Shown here: piece by piece, positions 11,334 through 24,129 of the stretch | How positions within the stretch are numbered: the stretch's first letter is position 1 | How the letters are laid out: each line of letters begins with the position of its first letter | Origin: Eledone cirrhosa | Taxonomy: Eukaryota | DNA: 64,000 nt | Direction of reading: 5' to 3' | Assembly (NCBI GenBank): GCA_964016885.1 | Contig: OZ024745.1 | Coordinates: 116,994,001-117,058,000 of the forward strand | The notes under the pieces: generated by a model | Database searches by the model: none | What the model saw: the letters and a program-made list of their open reading frames with translations, nothing else | What the model was told of the DNA's origin: nothing | Translations under genes and position numbers: made by a program

Positions 11334-12061
11334 TCTATATATCTAAAACAGAGAATGTCTGTCTGCCTGACTCCCTAAAACTCGAGAACCACCCAACCAA
11401 TTGTTTTCAAACTTTACACATGAAATACTTATGGTCCTGCGAGTGTTTTGAGCAAAGAATATTTCAAATTTTCAATGCCCTAGGGACCGGATTAGGCGAT
11501 TTAGCGATCTCTCTCTATAATTCTTAGTCTTTCCTTTTAGATAGATACATAGATATACTGTTGCGCCTTATAATATCTTATTATGACATTATAACGCTAT
11601 AGGTGTATGTGTGTGTGTGTGTGTATATGTATATATAGTGTTTGTATATATATATATATAGTGTGTAACGTTTTTCGAAATATTTACTTCTGTGTTCACA
11701 GATTGATTTTTTTAGTTTCAGAAGATCCAGTTAAGGGTGAAAGCAGCGATTCTTTGCTTAAACTTTAATCTGTTATTTTAATATATATATATATATATAT
11801 AATTATATATTCGTGTACAAATATTTTTGTATACACAATAACAAAATATAAACAAAAGTATTTATTTCGCGATAAAGTATTGATTTTCTTTGCACAGAAA
11901 AAAACCCTGGTAATCTACGACAAATTTTTTTTATAAGCACAAAATGTAGATACCATCCCGAGGCCAAGGTATTCCGTACTTCTCTGTACTGTTTCAGAAA
12001 GGAGGGATAAACATGCCAATCAATGTTTAGAATCCCGAGCAACGCCGGGCCATTCTGCTAG
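11334..12061 (+). mobile_element. Non-autonomous Helitron, family A
   Basis: 5' a|TC; 3' hairpin cccgagcaacgccggg then CTAG|t. Inverted paralog at 24439-25336. Confidence 0.85.
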
Positions 12062-12399
12062 TATATAACTAAAACAGAAAAAAAGATTGCTGACCTACGA
12101 AAAACTATAGGATATGTGACAATGCTCCTTACAAGAAAACAAAAACAAAAAACTTTACTCCTCACCAACAAAGAGTGAAAAATAAAATAGAAACGATGTT
12201 TGGTAACAGTAGAACCAGAACTCTTCAATATAGGCTGATCACCTTCAAACAAGAATTGAGAGCTGTCAGCAATTTGCCCTTCATTCAAAGAGAAAATCCT
12301 TTTATTGTCAACAAAGATACTATTTCCCTGAACTTTTTCCATCCCATTCTTTTTCTAGCTACTATGCCTTCCCATGACTAGAAAGGTTTTTTTCACGAG

Positions 12400-13280
12400 G
12401 GCTCTGTCAATGATGAGGCCAGAGCCATCAGATCAAATCAATTGTTATTTCTGCATGGTACCTCCAGTAGAAAAGGGCTTGTCAAAGAAAAAGGAGTCCT
12501 TTGAATATCCAAACATTCCAACAGCTATTTGCCCAGTACCAAGGAGAAGGTCTGCCTGTTCCTGATGCACCAACTTCGGTATCTTTCGATGAAAAAAGTG
12601 TTGAAAAGGAAGCAGAGAAGGATGACAGAGCTGGATTACAGAGTGACCCAAATTTTGATGAAGCACATTTCTCTAGGCCACATCTCATACCACAAGGGGG
12701 AACTTCCTGACTTTGTCAGGGATCTACAACTACGTAAGAATAATTGTTTCTACTTTAGGCACAAGGCCAGCAATTACCCAGTGCATTACTGGTACTTTAT
12801 TTTATCGACCCCGTAAAGATGAACGGCAAAGTCAACCTCGGCGTAAGAATAATGCAGAGCTGCTAGGCTCTTGTCTTTAACAGTGGAATCTCCTAGCCGC
12901 TGATGTGAAGATTTCAGAACTTTGTGACCATCAGCAGCTGTTCAGCAATTTCTTCATAATAAAAGGTGATTTATTGTCCTGTAACAATATTAATGGTCTG
13001 ATGGAAGCACTTGGTATTGAATATGAACAAAGTCACTGGAGGCTGTTCATAGGTTCATCAAAAACTGGTCTGAACTGTGTCTTGGTACATAATGGCAATA
13101 GTGAACCATCAGTTCCTGTGGGCAACACATCATATATGAAAGAAACTTATGAGAATATAAAGTATATGTTGCAATGTATAAAATATGATGAAAATCAATG
13201 GCAGTTCTGTGGTGACTTAAAGATTGTTGCTCTTGTGATGGGCTTGCAGGGTGGATACACCAAGTACTGCTGGTGGCAGT
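12400..13280 (+). pseudogene. Chapaev-type (CMC superfamily) transposase relic
   Basis: EPSDQINCYFC...YPNIPTAICPVP, WRLFIGSSKTGLNCVLVHNGN, CGDLKIVALVMGLQGGYTKYC. Frameshifted and interrupted by a SINE. Confidence 0.8.
12745..12841 (-). mobile_element. 5'-truncated SINE family 1 inside the Chapaev transposase
   Basis: 12-bp TSD cgtaagaataat (12733-12744 / 12842-12853). Confidence 0.9.
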
Positions 13281-13559
13281 GAAGGGACTTCCAGTTAAGC
13301 AGCTAACAAGACCTGGACTTTAGAGACAGATTGTTCCTCCTTACACTTTATAAATGTTTGTCACACAGTAAACAACAGTTCAACAAAAATCACTGTTTGT
13401 TGTTAAATACAGCTAAACTAAAGCTATAGTAAATTTCATAATTTTGGCTTCAGAATGGAATTTAGTTTGCAATTTTGAATGGAGAAAATCTGAATTAATT
13501 TTTTATTAGTAACATTGTAAGTAAAACATGCCTTAAAATCTGTGCATTACATGGTAGTG

Positions 13560-13671
13560 GCAGCAGCAGCATCACCAGCAGCAGCATTATCATTATCATC
13601 ACCACCACCACCACCACAACAACACCATGAACGCCACCACAACCAACAACAACAACAACAGCAGCAGCAGC

Positions 13672-13705
<34 letters not shown>

Positions 13706-13742
13706 CAACCACAACCATCACCATCACCATCATCATCATCAT
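13560..13742. repeat. Compound trinucleotide microsatellite (CAG/CAT/CAC/CAA)
   Basis: Directly visible. Confidence 0.9.
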
Positions 13743-13856
13743 GTTGAAACATTGAAACAGCAACTTGTCTGACGAAAGCTTGCAACACTACTTCACGAAT
13801 GAGGGGATTAACGTTATAAAAACATGCTTCTACTTATGAACATGTATATACCAACA

Positions 13857-14110
13857 AGGCACGTGGCTGAGTGGGTAGAGAATTGGATTCACAATTGTGA
13901 GGTTGTGAGTTCGATTCTTGGACCAGGTGATGCGTTATGTCCTTGAGCAAGACACTTTATTTCACGTTGCTCCTTCTACCTGGATTTGTGACTGATAGAT
14001 AGTATTAGCAATCCTTTTCCTCGGCCCAATTTGATGAAAGTTGATCGACTGTCGATAAACCAACAATATGCAAATGATGAAATTTATGAAATCCCTCCCA
14101 TCCAAGCTCA
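13857..14110 (+). mobile_element. tRNA-derived SINE, family 2
   Basis: gtggctgagtgg...gagttcgattc...gtccttgagcaagacacttt. Similar copies at 16305-16560 and 57612-57825 (minus). Confidence 0.8.
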
Positions 14111-15822
14111 CACGAAAATATTGATTTAAAACAGAAATTGATGATATAACCAATAAGGATTAAGGTGCTGAACAAGTAAGTCATCAGTTGAAAGTTATCA
14201 TTATATTGTTTCTTTAGGCAGTGTTGTCATCATCATCATCACCAACACTATTATCAGTATTATCTGTATTATCACTGGCACTAGCAGTACTATCAACATA
14301 GCTACTGCCACACCACCACCACCACCATGGTTGTTACATTTGTATATCAGTATATATATTCTAAACACTTTGGCCTACTAAACAGGACAGGATAGGTTTC
14401 AGGGAAATTCAGCTTTTATTTCTAGCTAATGGACTGACTACATAGAGGCACATGTCTTGGCCTCCCAAGCAGGAAAATAGGTACCATTCAAACTAACAGA
14501 GAAACCTTTATATAGTCACTCAATATGCTAGAAATAGCAGCCATATTCCCAAATACCACCAGGCATGATATGTCATGCTTGGTGAAGCATAAAATACTAT
14601 GTTTTGTGAATATGGTTTGTGAAATCAGTTTACAAGACGATGTAAATTTCTATATATCTTTATTTTATTTAGAAATGACTTCTACAAGAATAGAACTGTT
14701 TCATTCATATGAAATCATCAGGAATCATGTGTTTGTGTATGTCTGTGTGTGTGTATCATCATCATCTTCATCATCATCCTTTTAAGTCCTCTTTTCCATC
14801 TTGCATAGCCTCCCTCTCCCTTCTGTATTACTTCATCATCTCTGTCAGGTTTAGCATTTTGAGATCTGCTCTCACCATTGCTACCCAAGTCTTCCTTGGC
14901 TTTCCTCTAACACAACTTCCTTCCAGTGAGAGCACATGATACTATTTCACTCAACAATCACAATCTGTATGTATCACAATGAAATTCTTTTATAAAATGT
15001 ATAGTTTTAAATATTTTGAAAATCAATTTGAGCTTTTTAACTATTCCATGTCAGTATATCACTTACAAAGTATCTTTTTGAAAAATCAGGGATGTTTTTG
15101 AAACTTAAAAATTATTAATGTACACTAAATGTATTCATTCAAAATATTTAATTAAATAATTTTGTATCACTTAAGATATAAAATATCAAACTCCACATGA
15201 CAATTACATTATTATCAATTAATAGAAATAAAGCCACAGGGAAAAAAATTGGGCTTGACTTGGAAAAATGTCACATTTCATTTAAAAGTCATAATTGTTT
15301 CTACTTTTGGCACAAGGCCAGCAATTACCCAGTGCATTAGATTTATTTTATTATATGTTTTATGCCACAAATAATAATGGAAGTAATTAAACAATATTAT
15401 AAGTTAATTATCAACTGATAATGCATGACTTGTACACAATGACAACACAATCTATAAAGTGACATTATATTATGTGAAAAATAAAATCCAATTTTATTCA
15501 AAGTATATTAAAAAGAAATTGCTAAATCAATTGTTAATTGAAATTTTTCTGAGATTTCTTTTCCTGCTTTTCATCATCAGATATAATACCACTTTAAGTC
15601 AGATTTCCAGATGAGATAGCTTCATTGAGAAAGAACATACGGACTTGAACAAGTGAAGACTTTTGAAAATAGTGAGATATAGTTGAATAAATAGCAAAAG
15701 ACCAAAAAAAAGAAATTAGAAGAAAGTAAGATTTTAGATAAGAAAGAGTGTTCAGGAAATAATACTTATAAAAGAAGTGTATGATTGAATTCTGGATGGC
15801 TCAGATAATATAAATACATGAT

Positions 15823-16170
15823 TTGAGGTGTGTCAGAAAAGAAACAGGACTGGTGTCGCAAAATAAATATTTCAAATCCAAACTACAAGTTTTCCACTTC
15901 AAAATAATCCTCCTCGAGTCTAACACACTTTTCCATCCTTCTCCACCATGACTCCATGCACTCCTTAGATGCTCTGCAGATCTGTGGTCATGACCCTCTT
16001 GATGGCTTCCACATCCAGAAAATAGGTTGTACTTGAAGATCATGACTAATCATCGGTGCTGACTCTCGCCAGCAAATCTGGTTCAGTTTGAAGATGCTCA
16101 AGGATGTCATGACACACCTGCTTGTGCCACTCCTTCTGGTCGCCATTCAGCAGCTTCAGCACCATCTATG
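15823..16170 (-). pseudogene. Internally deleted mariner transposase relic with one TIR
   Basis: Minus strand reads VLKLLNGDQKEWHKQVCHDILEHLQTEPDLLARVSTDD*S and then the C-terminus WWRRMEKCVRLEEDYFE. TIR-like gaggtgtgtcagaaaag at 15825. Confidence 0.75.
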
Positions 16171-17496
16171 CACAGATCTTTACAGTGTGGATTGGGTGCC
16201 TTCAATGGTGGCACTGTAATGACCACTTTACAGTGTGGACTGAGTGCTTTTTGTCATGATACCAACTAGTTTTAATATAAGTTGTAATGCTTAATAATAG
16301 TGAGAGCATGTGGCTTAGTGGTTAGAGAATTGGATTCACAATTGTGAGGTTGCAAATTCAATTCCCCGACCATGCGATGCATTAAGTCCTCAAGCAAAAC
16401 ACTTTATTTTGCATTGCATTTTCTGCCAGGAGCTGCGACCAGTAGATAGTATAAGCAATGGAAAGATCAATGAAAACATCGTTTCCTTGGTCCAATTTGA
16501 TGAGTTCCACCTCAATCAATAATCGAATGAGGTAAGATCTTGTCAATCGATTTAAAAGGAAAACAAATTACTTATAAAGTTTTTAGTTTGATAGTAGTAG
16601 TATATGTGTTGTTGGTATAAATGATCATGACTTACAACTTCAAATAAAAATTATTTAAACTGATAGTTATAGCAACACTAGTACCACTTTAAGTGAATGA
16701 TAGATCAAGCCTTTTGATACCAAACTGCCTGACACCACCCTTCATTCTATGGTTAAAGTCACTGCTACCTGAGTAGATAGGGTATGAACTAGCCAACCCA
16801 AGGGTCAAAGATTCTATGAATTCTCTGATGCTCTGTTGTACACCAAGCAATGAGATTTAATTCTTTATGGTCTGTCCACCTTTCTTTCTATCATTACTGT
16901 TTAGTTAGTTACCATAGCCTGTGGACTTAAGATCATGTCGTGGGTTCGATTCCTGGGCTGGGTTGTGTGTTGTTGAGGAAAACACTTTATTTCACATTGC
17001 TCCTGTATACTCAGTTGAAATTATTACCAGCAATAGCTGGGGGTTTAACCCTGCAATGGGCTGGCATCCTGTCCAGGGGAGAGTATTGTACTCTCAGTAA
17101 CTTCAAGCTATGAAACCAGGATAATCTGTTGGTGGGCAGGCAAACCATTTATGTGTTTCAGATATAAATTTTAAACTTCTTGGTAAGCATTCTAAGGAAG
17201 GCATGAGACATAGTAAACTGGAGTGAGTGACATATGCAATTCACTAAAACAAGCATATAAATTTCAATTTTCAGCTTTTGATACATTCTGCTATTGATTC
17301 CTACTATCACACTTGCCTTGTCTGTGCCTATTACAAGATTCTTTATTTTCAATCCTCTTCTGAGCAATTCAAATTTTACAACCATGATAATATATTCTAC
17401 ATCACACTTTTCTAATTCTACTAAACTTAAATATGTAGACCAGGGGGTCAGCAACTTCTTTGCCTCCACACACTGGATTGAGTATTGATGACAGAT

Positions 17497-19962
17497 ATGT
17501 TTCTTTATTAGCCACAGGGGCACAAAAGAAGGGGACAAATACAAAGGGGGAAGTTTACATACAATAAAAACGTGTAAAATATTATCACAAATGTAATTTA
17601 AAAGTTAATCGATTTTCCCAATAGGGGGAGACATTTCATATGGGTGACACATACCCCCGAAAAAATGTGCAACCCTCATCTCCAGGAGTATGAAGAATGT
17701 GTACCCCTTTCCTCTCTTCCTCCTTTTCCTCAACCTAGAGGCTGATATAGAAAGAAGGACCATTCACTCGGGCCATTCTCGCCACTTTCACCCACCTTTC
17801 ATAAAACTTGCTGGGGTACAGCACCTCTCTCTCCATTCTGATTCTTCTTCCAAAGTGGCATTTGAAAAAAAGAATCAGTTGTTGGCTGGAGAGAAAGGTG
17901 TCTGACCTCAGCCCTTTTAACCTCGTCCACCATACAACCTCTTTCGCACAATGTCCATGGGGGTGTTGGAGGGGTTGTTTGGTAAGGCGGTGGTCCCTGG
18001 TGGGGTGGGGACGCAGATGTTTGGTGGGGAAGGGTGTCTGGTAGGGTGGGGGTGTCTGGGGTGGGGGTGTCTGAGGTGGGGGTAGGGAACGTTTCAAGAG
18101 GACGTGGTTCGTTGGTTTAACACATATTCCCCACGTCCTCAGCAAAGTTTTCCTTTAAGGACTTATAGGTGTCCGTAGGGACCCTAATCATCCTTAAATT
18201 AGGTTTGTCTTTACATTTGGTAAAATATTTTCCTTCGGTTTCCACGGAAGGGTTTTTGGAGATGACCTCCAACAAGGTTTTATTGTCAGTGTTTATGTAT
18301 GTATAATATTTTTTTTGTGTTGTGTTAGTTTTTGTCTGTTGTTCTTGTGTGTGTTTTGGTTTTGTTGTGGGTATTTGTGTTTGGAGTGTTGTCATTGTTT
18401 TGTTTTCAAGAGGGGGGGTTTTTGTTTGTAATGTTTGTGTTGTTTGTGTTGGTGGTTGTGTGTTTGTTGCCTTTTTGTTCGTGTTATGTCTTTTTTTCTT
18501 TTCTTTTGGAGCGGAGGGATTCTCCCTCATCATCACTGAGTGATGATGAGGGGGCTTCGTCCGTTGTGGTGTCTGTTTGATTGGGGGGGGGGTATGTTTT
18601 GGGGAGCTGTTGTGCTTGTGGGTGTTTTGGGAGTTGTTTTAGGTGGGGAGAGGTTGGGTGGGACTGTGTTGCAGTTTGGTTTGTTTTTGTTATTTTTGTG
18701 TGTTGTTGTTGTGTTGTTGTGTTGGGTGTCGGCAGTAGTGCCTTTTTTTTAATGCAGTTAATTGAGGACAGGAAGCCCTCAGGTGACCACTTCTTAAACA
18801 CTGGTAACATGAAGGCCGCCTACCCTCAACAGAAATGATTATGTAGGAATTTCCATCCAGAGGCACACATTGTGGTATTCTAGCTATCCGTTCTAGTCTC
18901 ATTTGGACCAGAACTTCTAAGCTTGTACCGTTGAATATGCCCCTGGAGGACTTTCCTACCGAAATTACTGTATCTTCATCAAAATTGATGAAACCAGCTA
19001 ATATCCACCAGATGTTTACATTTGGTGTGATATTTGTTACTTTTATTTTTGGGGTCCTTTTTCCCATATATGTGGGGAAAAAGGTGTAGAGGGGGGACAC
19101 AATTGGCGACACAGAATATTTCTGTGCCGTCAATTGGTCTTTCATTATTATTGATAAACTCCCGAAGAGTTTTCCCTTCTGTATGAAGGTAATGTCCTTC
19201 ATGGAGTTTCTTAGAACCAGCTCAATTTCGTTTTGAGTTAATTGAGCTGGTTTTCTGGTGGTATTTGAGATTGTCCTAAAAACTATAGTTTTCAGGACAG
19301 TGTCTCTACGCAATTCTTGGGGAGAAGTGATGCTAAAAGCGCCATTCTCCCCAAAAGTTATATATTGCTTGGCATCTCTTAGCAATTCTCCGGCATTAGA
19401 GATGTCAATCTGTGTATATAGTTCTGTTTTTTGGACAGTTTGTGCAAATGAAACCTTTTTTTCCTTGTTTGTGGAGTTGTTCTTGTTGGTGTTGTCATTA
19501 CTGTTGCTGCTGTTGGTGTTGTTGTCATCATTGTTGCTGTTGTTGTTGTTGTCATTGTTGTTGTTGTTGTTTTTGTAGTTCTCAATTGCTTGATTTGTGG
19601 TTGTGGAATTCATTTGTGAAGTTGTGTTTTTCTCTTGTTCAATATTTTTTTTTGTGCCGTATGTGTTTCCATACTTTTGTTTTGGTGTGATTTATCTCGG
19701 TCACTACCTGTTGCCATAGTGACATTCATTCCAACGCTCCCATTTCCATTTTTGGCAGGGAGCGCTTTAATGTTAACATTCATTGTTAAAACAAGTTATA
19801 AATATTTATATGAAAATTTTTATGAAAATTAAATTATCGCCCCTGGGGGGCGAAAATTTCAATGACCCACCCACTGACAATTTAGTCAGCGGGCTGGACG
19901 AAGGCCATAAAAGAATTGTCCCTTCAAGGCAGTCTTTTTATGTCCATCGGCAGGCTCTCAGT
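17497..19962 (-). mobile_element. L1/Tx1-like ORF1-only (HAL1-like) non-autonomous retroelement
   Basis: ORF1 19613-18690 with gag-type knuckle CYQCLRSGHLRASC, then a low-complexity T/Q/K/P tail, then only an ORF2-like C-terminus (AKEVVWWTRLK...RIRMERE...FYERW) and AATAAA near 17505. No EN or RT motifs. Confidence 0.7.
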
Positions 19963-20196
19963 TTTTATTTTATTTTATTTTTTACGCGGGAGTGGTGGTG
20001 ATGGGTAGAAATATTTTGGAATTTTATTCTTAATATTATTATTGTAATACACTGAGATAATTGCTGGCCTTGTGCCAAAAGTAGAAACAATTATTATTGT
20101 TATTATTTTTGTGTTGTATGAGCGGAAATGATGTGCAGAGCCCTGTGTATGCGACAAATTTTTAATTGTTTTTGCTGTCAAAGCGTTCACATATGG

Positions 20197-20377
20197 TTGG
20201 TAGTGGACATTAGGTAGAGTGAATCAGTGGTGGTGGACATTAGGTAGAATGAATCAGTGGTGGTGGACATTAGATAGAGTGAATCAGTGGTGGTGGACAT
20301 TAGATAGAGTGAATCAGTGGTGGTGGACATTAGATAGAGTGAATCAGTGGTGGTGGACATTAGGTAGAATGAATCAG
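20197..20377. repeat. 30-bp minisatellite, 6 copies, within the hAT element
   Basis: gtggtggtggacattagatagagtgaatca in tandem. Confidence 0.95.
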
Positions 20378-20584
20378 AAGATTTGTGGAAGAATGTAACA
20401 GCAGGCCTTTTATTATATTCGAAAGTATCGTCTCTCATATTACAATAAATTTAAATTTCAAAGAAACAACTCATTGGGCATCAGTTCTCGCAGGCTGGTC
20501 AAAATCCCTTCGCTGGCTGGATCCAGCCCATGGGCGATAGGCTGCCAACTCCTGATGTAGACACTGCCTTACTATATTTATTAC

Positions 20585-20835
20585 TGTGGTTAGAAAAAGC
20601 TATCTCACTTCCCGCTTTTCATAGGCGCCACTAAATCCCATGGCTGGTTTCTCCTCTTCCACATGCGTCCAACTCATTAACACCCGGGAGCTGCCAAACT
20701 CGCATCCACACCGTTCCTGATCACTAGAGAGAGACCGATCTGCTGGCCCTTCCGGTCGAGCACCCTTCCGGTCAAGCACTCTTCCGGTCGAGCACTCCCC
20801 AGGTTCCGGCCACCGCACACCACACCATACCCACA
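20585..20835. mobile_element. Solo LTR (251 bp)
   Basis: TGTGG...CCACA termini and 5-bp TSD attac (20580-20584 / 20836-20840). Its removal restores the transposase reading frame. Confidence 0.8.
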
Positions 20836-21564
20836 ATTACTAAAGTAAATTATTACAATTTCCAGTATTTTATTTACAGTGATATCATTAGATTCATCCA
20901 GCAGTAAACTCCACTATCTCCTACATCACTAATTAAATCCTCCTAAAAGTGGTTACTAATGACACTTTTCATAATTTCAGAACTAATTATAATACAGTTG
21001 TAATTCTCAACCAGATGGCCTGTATTTACAACAGCTGATTGACAGTTAATAAACATTGAAATATTTCACATTTTCATACTTTACTCTTTGGCATTACTTG
21101 AAAGTATTGTTAATGTCACTAATTTCAAAGGTGTTGCTCTGATATGTTTCTTTTATCTCTTGTGCTAAATTAAGCCAGACTACTTTGCATTAATATCGCA
21201 TTTGTATAACCTTACAATGACCAATATTGGGATTTTCTTTTTAATTCTTCCAACCAATTTTTAAGATTTATTTTTAAACCACTCATTCCTAAACTTCTTT
21301 TACTTTGGCATTATTGAAGCATGAAATTGGTAATATATAAAAACGCTTTACTAAGTTCAAGAATGATAATGAAATATACACAAACATTTGTGGAATTGAA
21401 TTCTTGAAAATAGGATATGGGCAAAACTCCCAGCAGACAAAGTTCTCTAAGGCAAAATCTCGACTCCTATCATACAATACCCAACCCATGTAGTAAAAAA
21501 ATATATTTATAGTCTTTAATAGCTAAATGAAAACAGAATAAATTATATATATATATATATAGGA

Positions 21565-23050
21565 AAAGTACCTAGCTAAAAGTAAGCCGCTCTACCTGGC
21601 ATTTGTCAATTTGGAAAAAGCCTTCGACAGAGTGCCCCATGCTATAATCTGGTGGTTCTTAGAATGGAAGAATGCCTTGTGAAAGCTGTACAAGCCATGT
21701 ATAGAGGAGCAATCAACAAAGTTAGGGTTAACAATGACTATAACAAAGAATTTAGCATACAGGTCGGTGTCCACCAGGGCTCTGTTCTTAGCCCTCTCCT
21801 GTTTATTATAGTAGTGCAGGCTATAACAGAGGAGTTTAAGACCGGATGCCCATGGGAACTTCTGTATGCAGATGATTTTACACTTATAGCTGAATCTAGG
21901 GCAGAAGTAAAGAAGAAATTCCAAACATAGAAGCAGGGACTAGAGAGAAAGTGTCTCAAAGTCAAGCTGACAAAGACTAAAGCCCTTGTAAGTAGACAAG
22001 AAAACAGAACCCAGATCCCCTCAGGGAAATGGCCTTGCTCAGTATATAGGAAAGGTGTAGGTGGGAATTCCATCCTCTGCCCCAAATGCAAACTATGGGT
22101 ACACAAGAGATTTAGTGGGATCTTGAGAAGTTTAGTTAAGAATGTAGGCTTTACATGTAGCAGCTGCACCGGGACAGTAAGTAGCAAACGGCCACAGGAA
22201 ACAAGCACTACCAAATTCTGGGAGGGTTCTGTAGAAACAGTAGACAGCTTCTACTACCTAGGTGGCCAAATTAGCAGCGGAGGTGGGTGTTCTGAAAGTA
22301 CAGTAACCAGGGTAAGAACGGGATGGAAGAAGTTCAGGGAGCTATTGCCACTGCTAGCTGCAAAAGGTTTTTCCCTCTGAGCACTGTGTGTAGAAGACTT
22401 GTGTAGATTAGAAAGAAATGAAGCTTGCATGCTCCGATGGATGTGTAATAGTAATATACACAAACGGCAAAGCATAAACAAATTGGGAGGGAGACTGAGC
22501 ATAAGAGGAATCAAATGCTGTGTGCAGGAGAGGAGGTTGCATTGGTATGGACATGTGATGCATATGAAGGATGACAGCTGCATAAAAAGGTGCAGAGCAC
22601 TAAAAGTCGATGGAAACCTGGGACGAGGTGATAAAAACTGACCTTGCCCAACTGGACCTCTTAAAGGCGATGACACAGGACCGTGACCTCTGGCGTCATG
22701 CAGTAATACAGAAGACCCGACCTCCCATGGGTACAAGCTGAAGCTGAAGCATATAGACAGTATACCCCTACCACCTCCCACTTCAAAGTGGTCGTGGAGG
22801 TGTCACGACAAAAAAGCACGCAGCCCACACTGTAAAGTGGTTGTGTGGGCGCCATGGTAAAAAAGCACCCAGTACTCACTGTAAATGAGGTTGGTGTTAG
22901 GAAGGGCATCCAGTTGTAGAAATCAAGCCAAAATCAAATCTGTATGAGCAAGACATAGTCACCTGACCTAGCATTGCCCACAATAGGACAACCCATCTAA
23001 CCCATGTTAGCGTGGAAGAATGGATGTAAAATGGTGATGATGATGATGAT
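21565..23050 (+). mobile_element. RTE LINE, 5'-truncated, with 3' UTR and (GAT)n tail
   Basis: LEKAFDRV, GVHQGSVLSPLLF, LYADD, RRLHWYGHVM. 3' UTR carries ~47-bp units and aggaagggcatccag. Confidence 0.92.
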
Positions 23051-23279
23051 ATATATATTCTACCGCATTGTACCAGCTTTAAAAAACAAATTTATTGATC
23101 TTTACTACATATCTCAATGCTTCAGACCAACTACACTATTCTCTCTCATCATCATCATTATCATCGCTTAACATCCATTTTCCAACTAGCATGGCTAGGA
23201 CGGGCTGTCCCTTTAGGAGAGATCAGGTCGGAGGACTGTTTCGCTCACACAGGGCTGATTTTGGCTTGGTTTCTACACT

Positions 23280-23945
23280 CTAGTCTTTGCTAAATTCACT
23301 TTCCTTTTGATTCTAGGTTCTGTTTCCACAGCCAGAATTTGTTCTCTAGTTCTTCCATGGATTTAGCTATAAGAACCAGAAGTTCTCATGCACAACCTAC
23401 AGAAGTAAGCTGAGAACAAAGCCCTGATACATCCTACCTATACTTTGAATTCCTTGCTTAACTCACTTCCTACTTTCACTTTTCTGACAGCAGCTCTGTA
23501 CATGGCTTTCACTGCTCTCACAAGCCATTCTTCTACACCTAGTTTCCTTAAGAACCACCAGATGACAGATCATGATACTCTGTCAAATAAGCTTACTCTT
23601 AACTAGGAACTTCTATTGTAGTTCTCTCACTAAGAAGAAGGCATCTGTAATATTCCTCCTTGGCATAAAACTCAACTGCATCTCATCTAGTTTGACTCCC
23701 TAATTAGTTGTTTTAGAATTCTGTCACTTTCATAACTTGGTCCATTAGTTATATGTCCCTGTAGTTGCTCTTTTCTTACACATCACCATTTCCCTTATAG
23801 CAATGAATGAGTATACTGCTATCCCAGTCTTTGGGTATCCCACTCACCTTCCTGTATTACCTCATTGACTATGTGGGTACTAGTGCAGCTCCTACTTCCC
23901 CAGATGTTTTACCATTCTTCATCTCCTTAATTGCTTCTTTGGCCC
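23280..23945 (-). mobile_element. Degenerate RTE RT fragment
   Basis: Nucleotide similarity to 26700-27500, e.g. caactgcatctcatctagttt and ccaccagatgacagatc. Confidence 0.8.
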
Positions 23946-24129
23946 TTTTCTGCACCTTTATTGCTGCATATAATTTCAATTATGAAATAAAGGTTTTTGG
24001 CAACTTTTAGAAAGTTTTTAACTTAACAGTTTCACTGATAATGTGACTACAGAGTAATACACAATAAACTTATACTTAAAATGTTAAATGAAATTTGTAT
24101 GGAAAATAGAAACAAGGTGTCTAGCTTAC

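Larger units (their letters stand above)
17441..20554. mobile_element. hAT (Charlie-like) non-autonomous element carrying a nested LINE derivative
   Basis: Perfect 8-bp TSD atgtagac (17433-17440 / 20555-20562). Imperfect TIRs cagggggtcagcaac / ggctgccaactcctg. Confidence 0.88.
17140..21480 (-). pseudogene. hAT transposase pseudogene split by nested insertions
   Basis: Removing the inserts gives in-frame LLLDESNDITVNKILEIVIIYFSNKYSKAVSTYLSLVELEKCD...GTDKASVIVG...CICHSL (catalytic D, D and CxxH motif). Decayed N-terminal zinc finger near 21200. Confidence 0.85.

Noticed and set aside
13542-13772. PolyQ/polyH transcription-factor-like ORF
   Set aside because: Entirely compound trinucleotide microsatellite, with no domain or convincing splice context.
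13857-13925. tRNA gene (also at 4437, 16305, 33594 and 57760)
   Set aside because: A/B boxes are present but no complete cloverleaf, and the sequence continues into SINE bodies.
19412-19690. Cys-rich metallothionein-like ORF
   Set aside because: Antisense reading of the (AAC)n poly-Asn tract of the ORF1.
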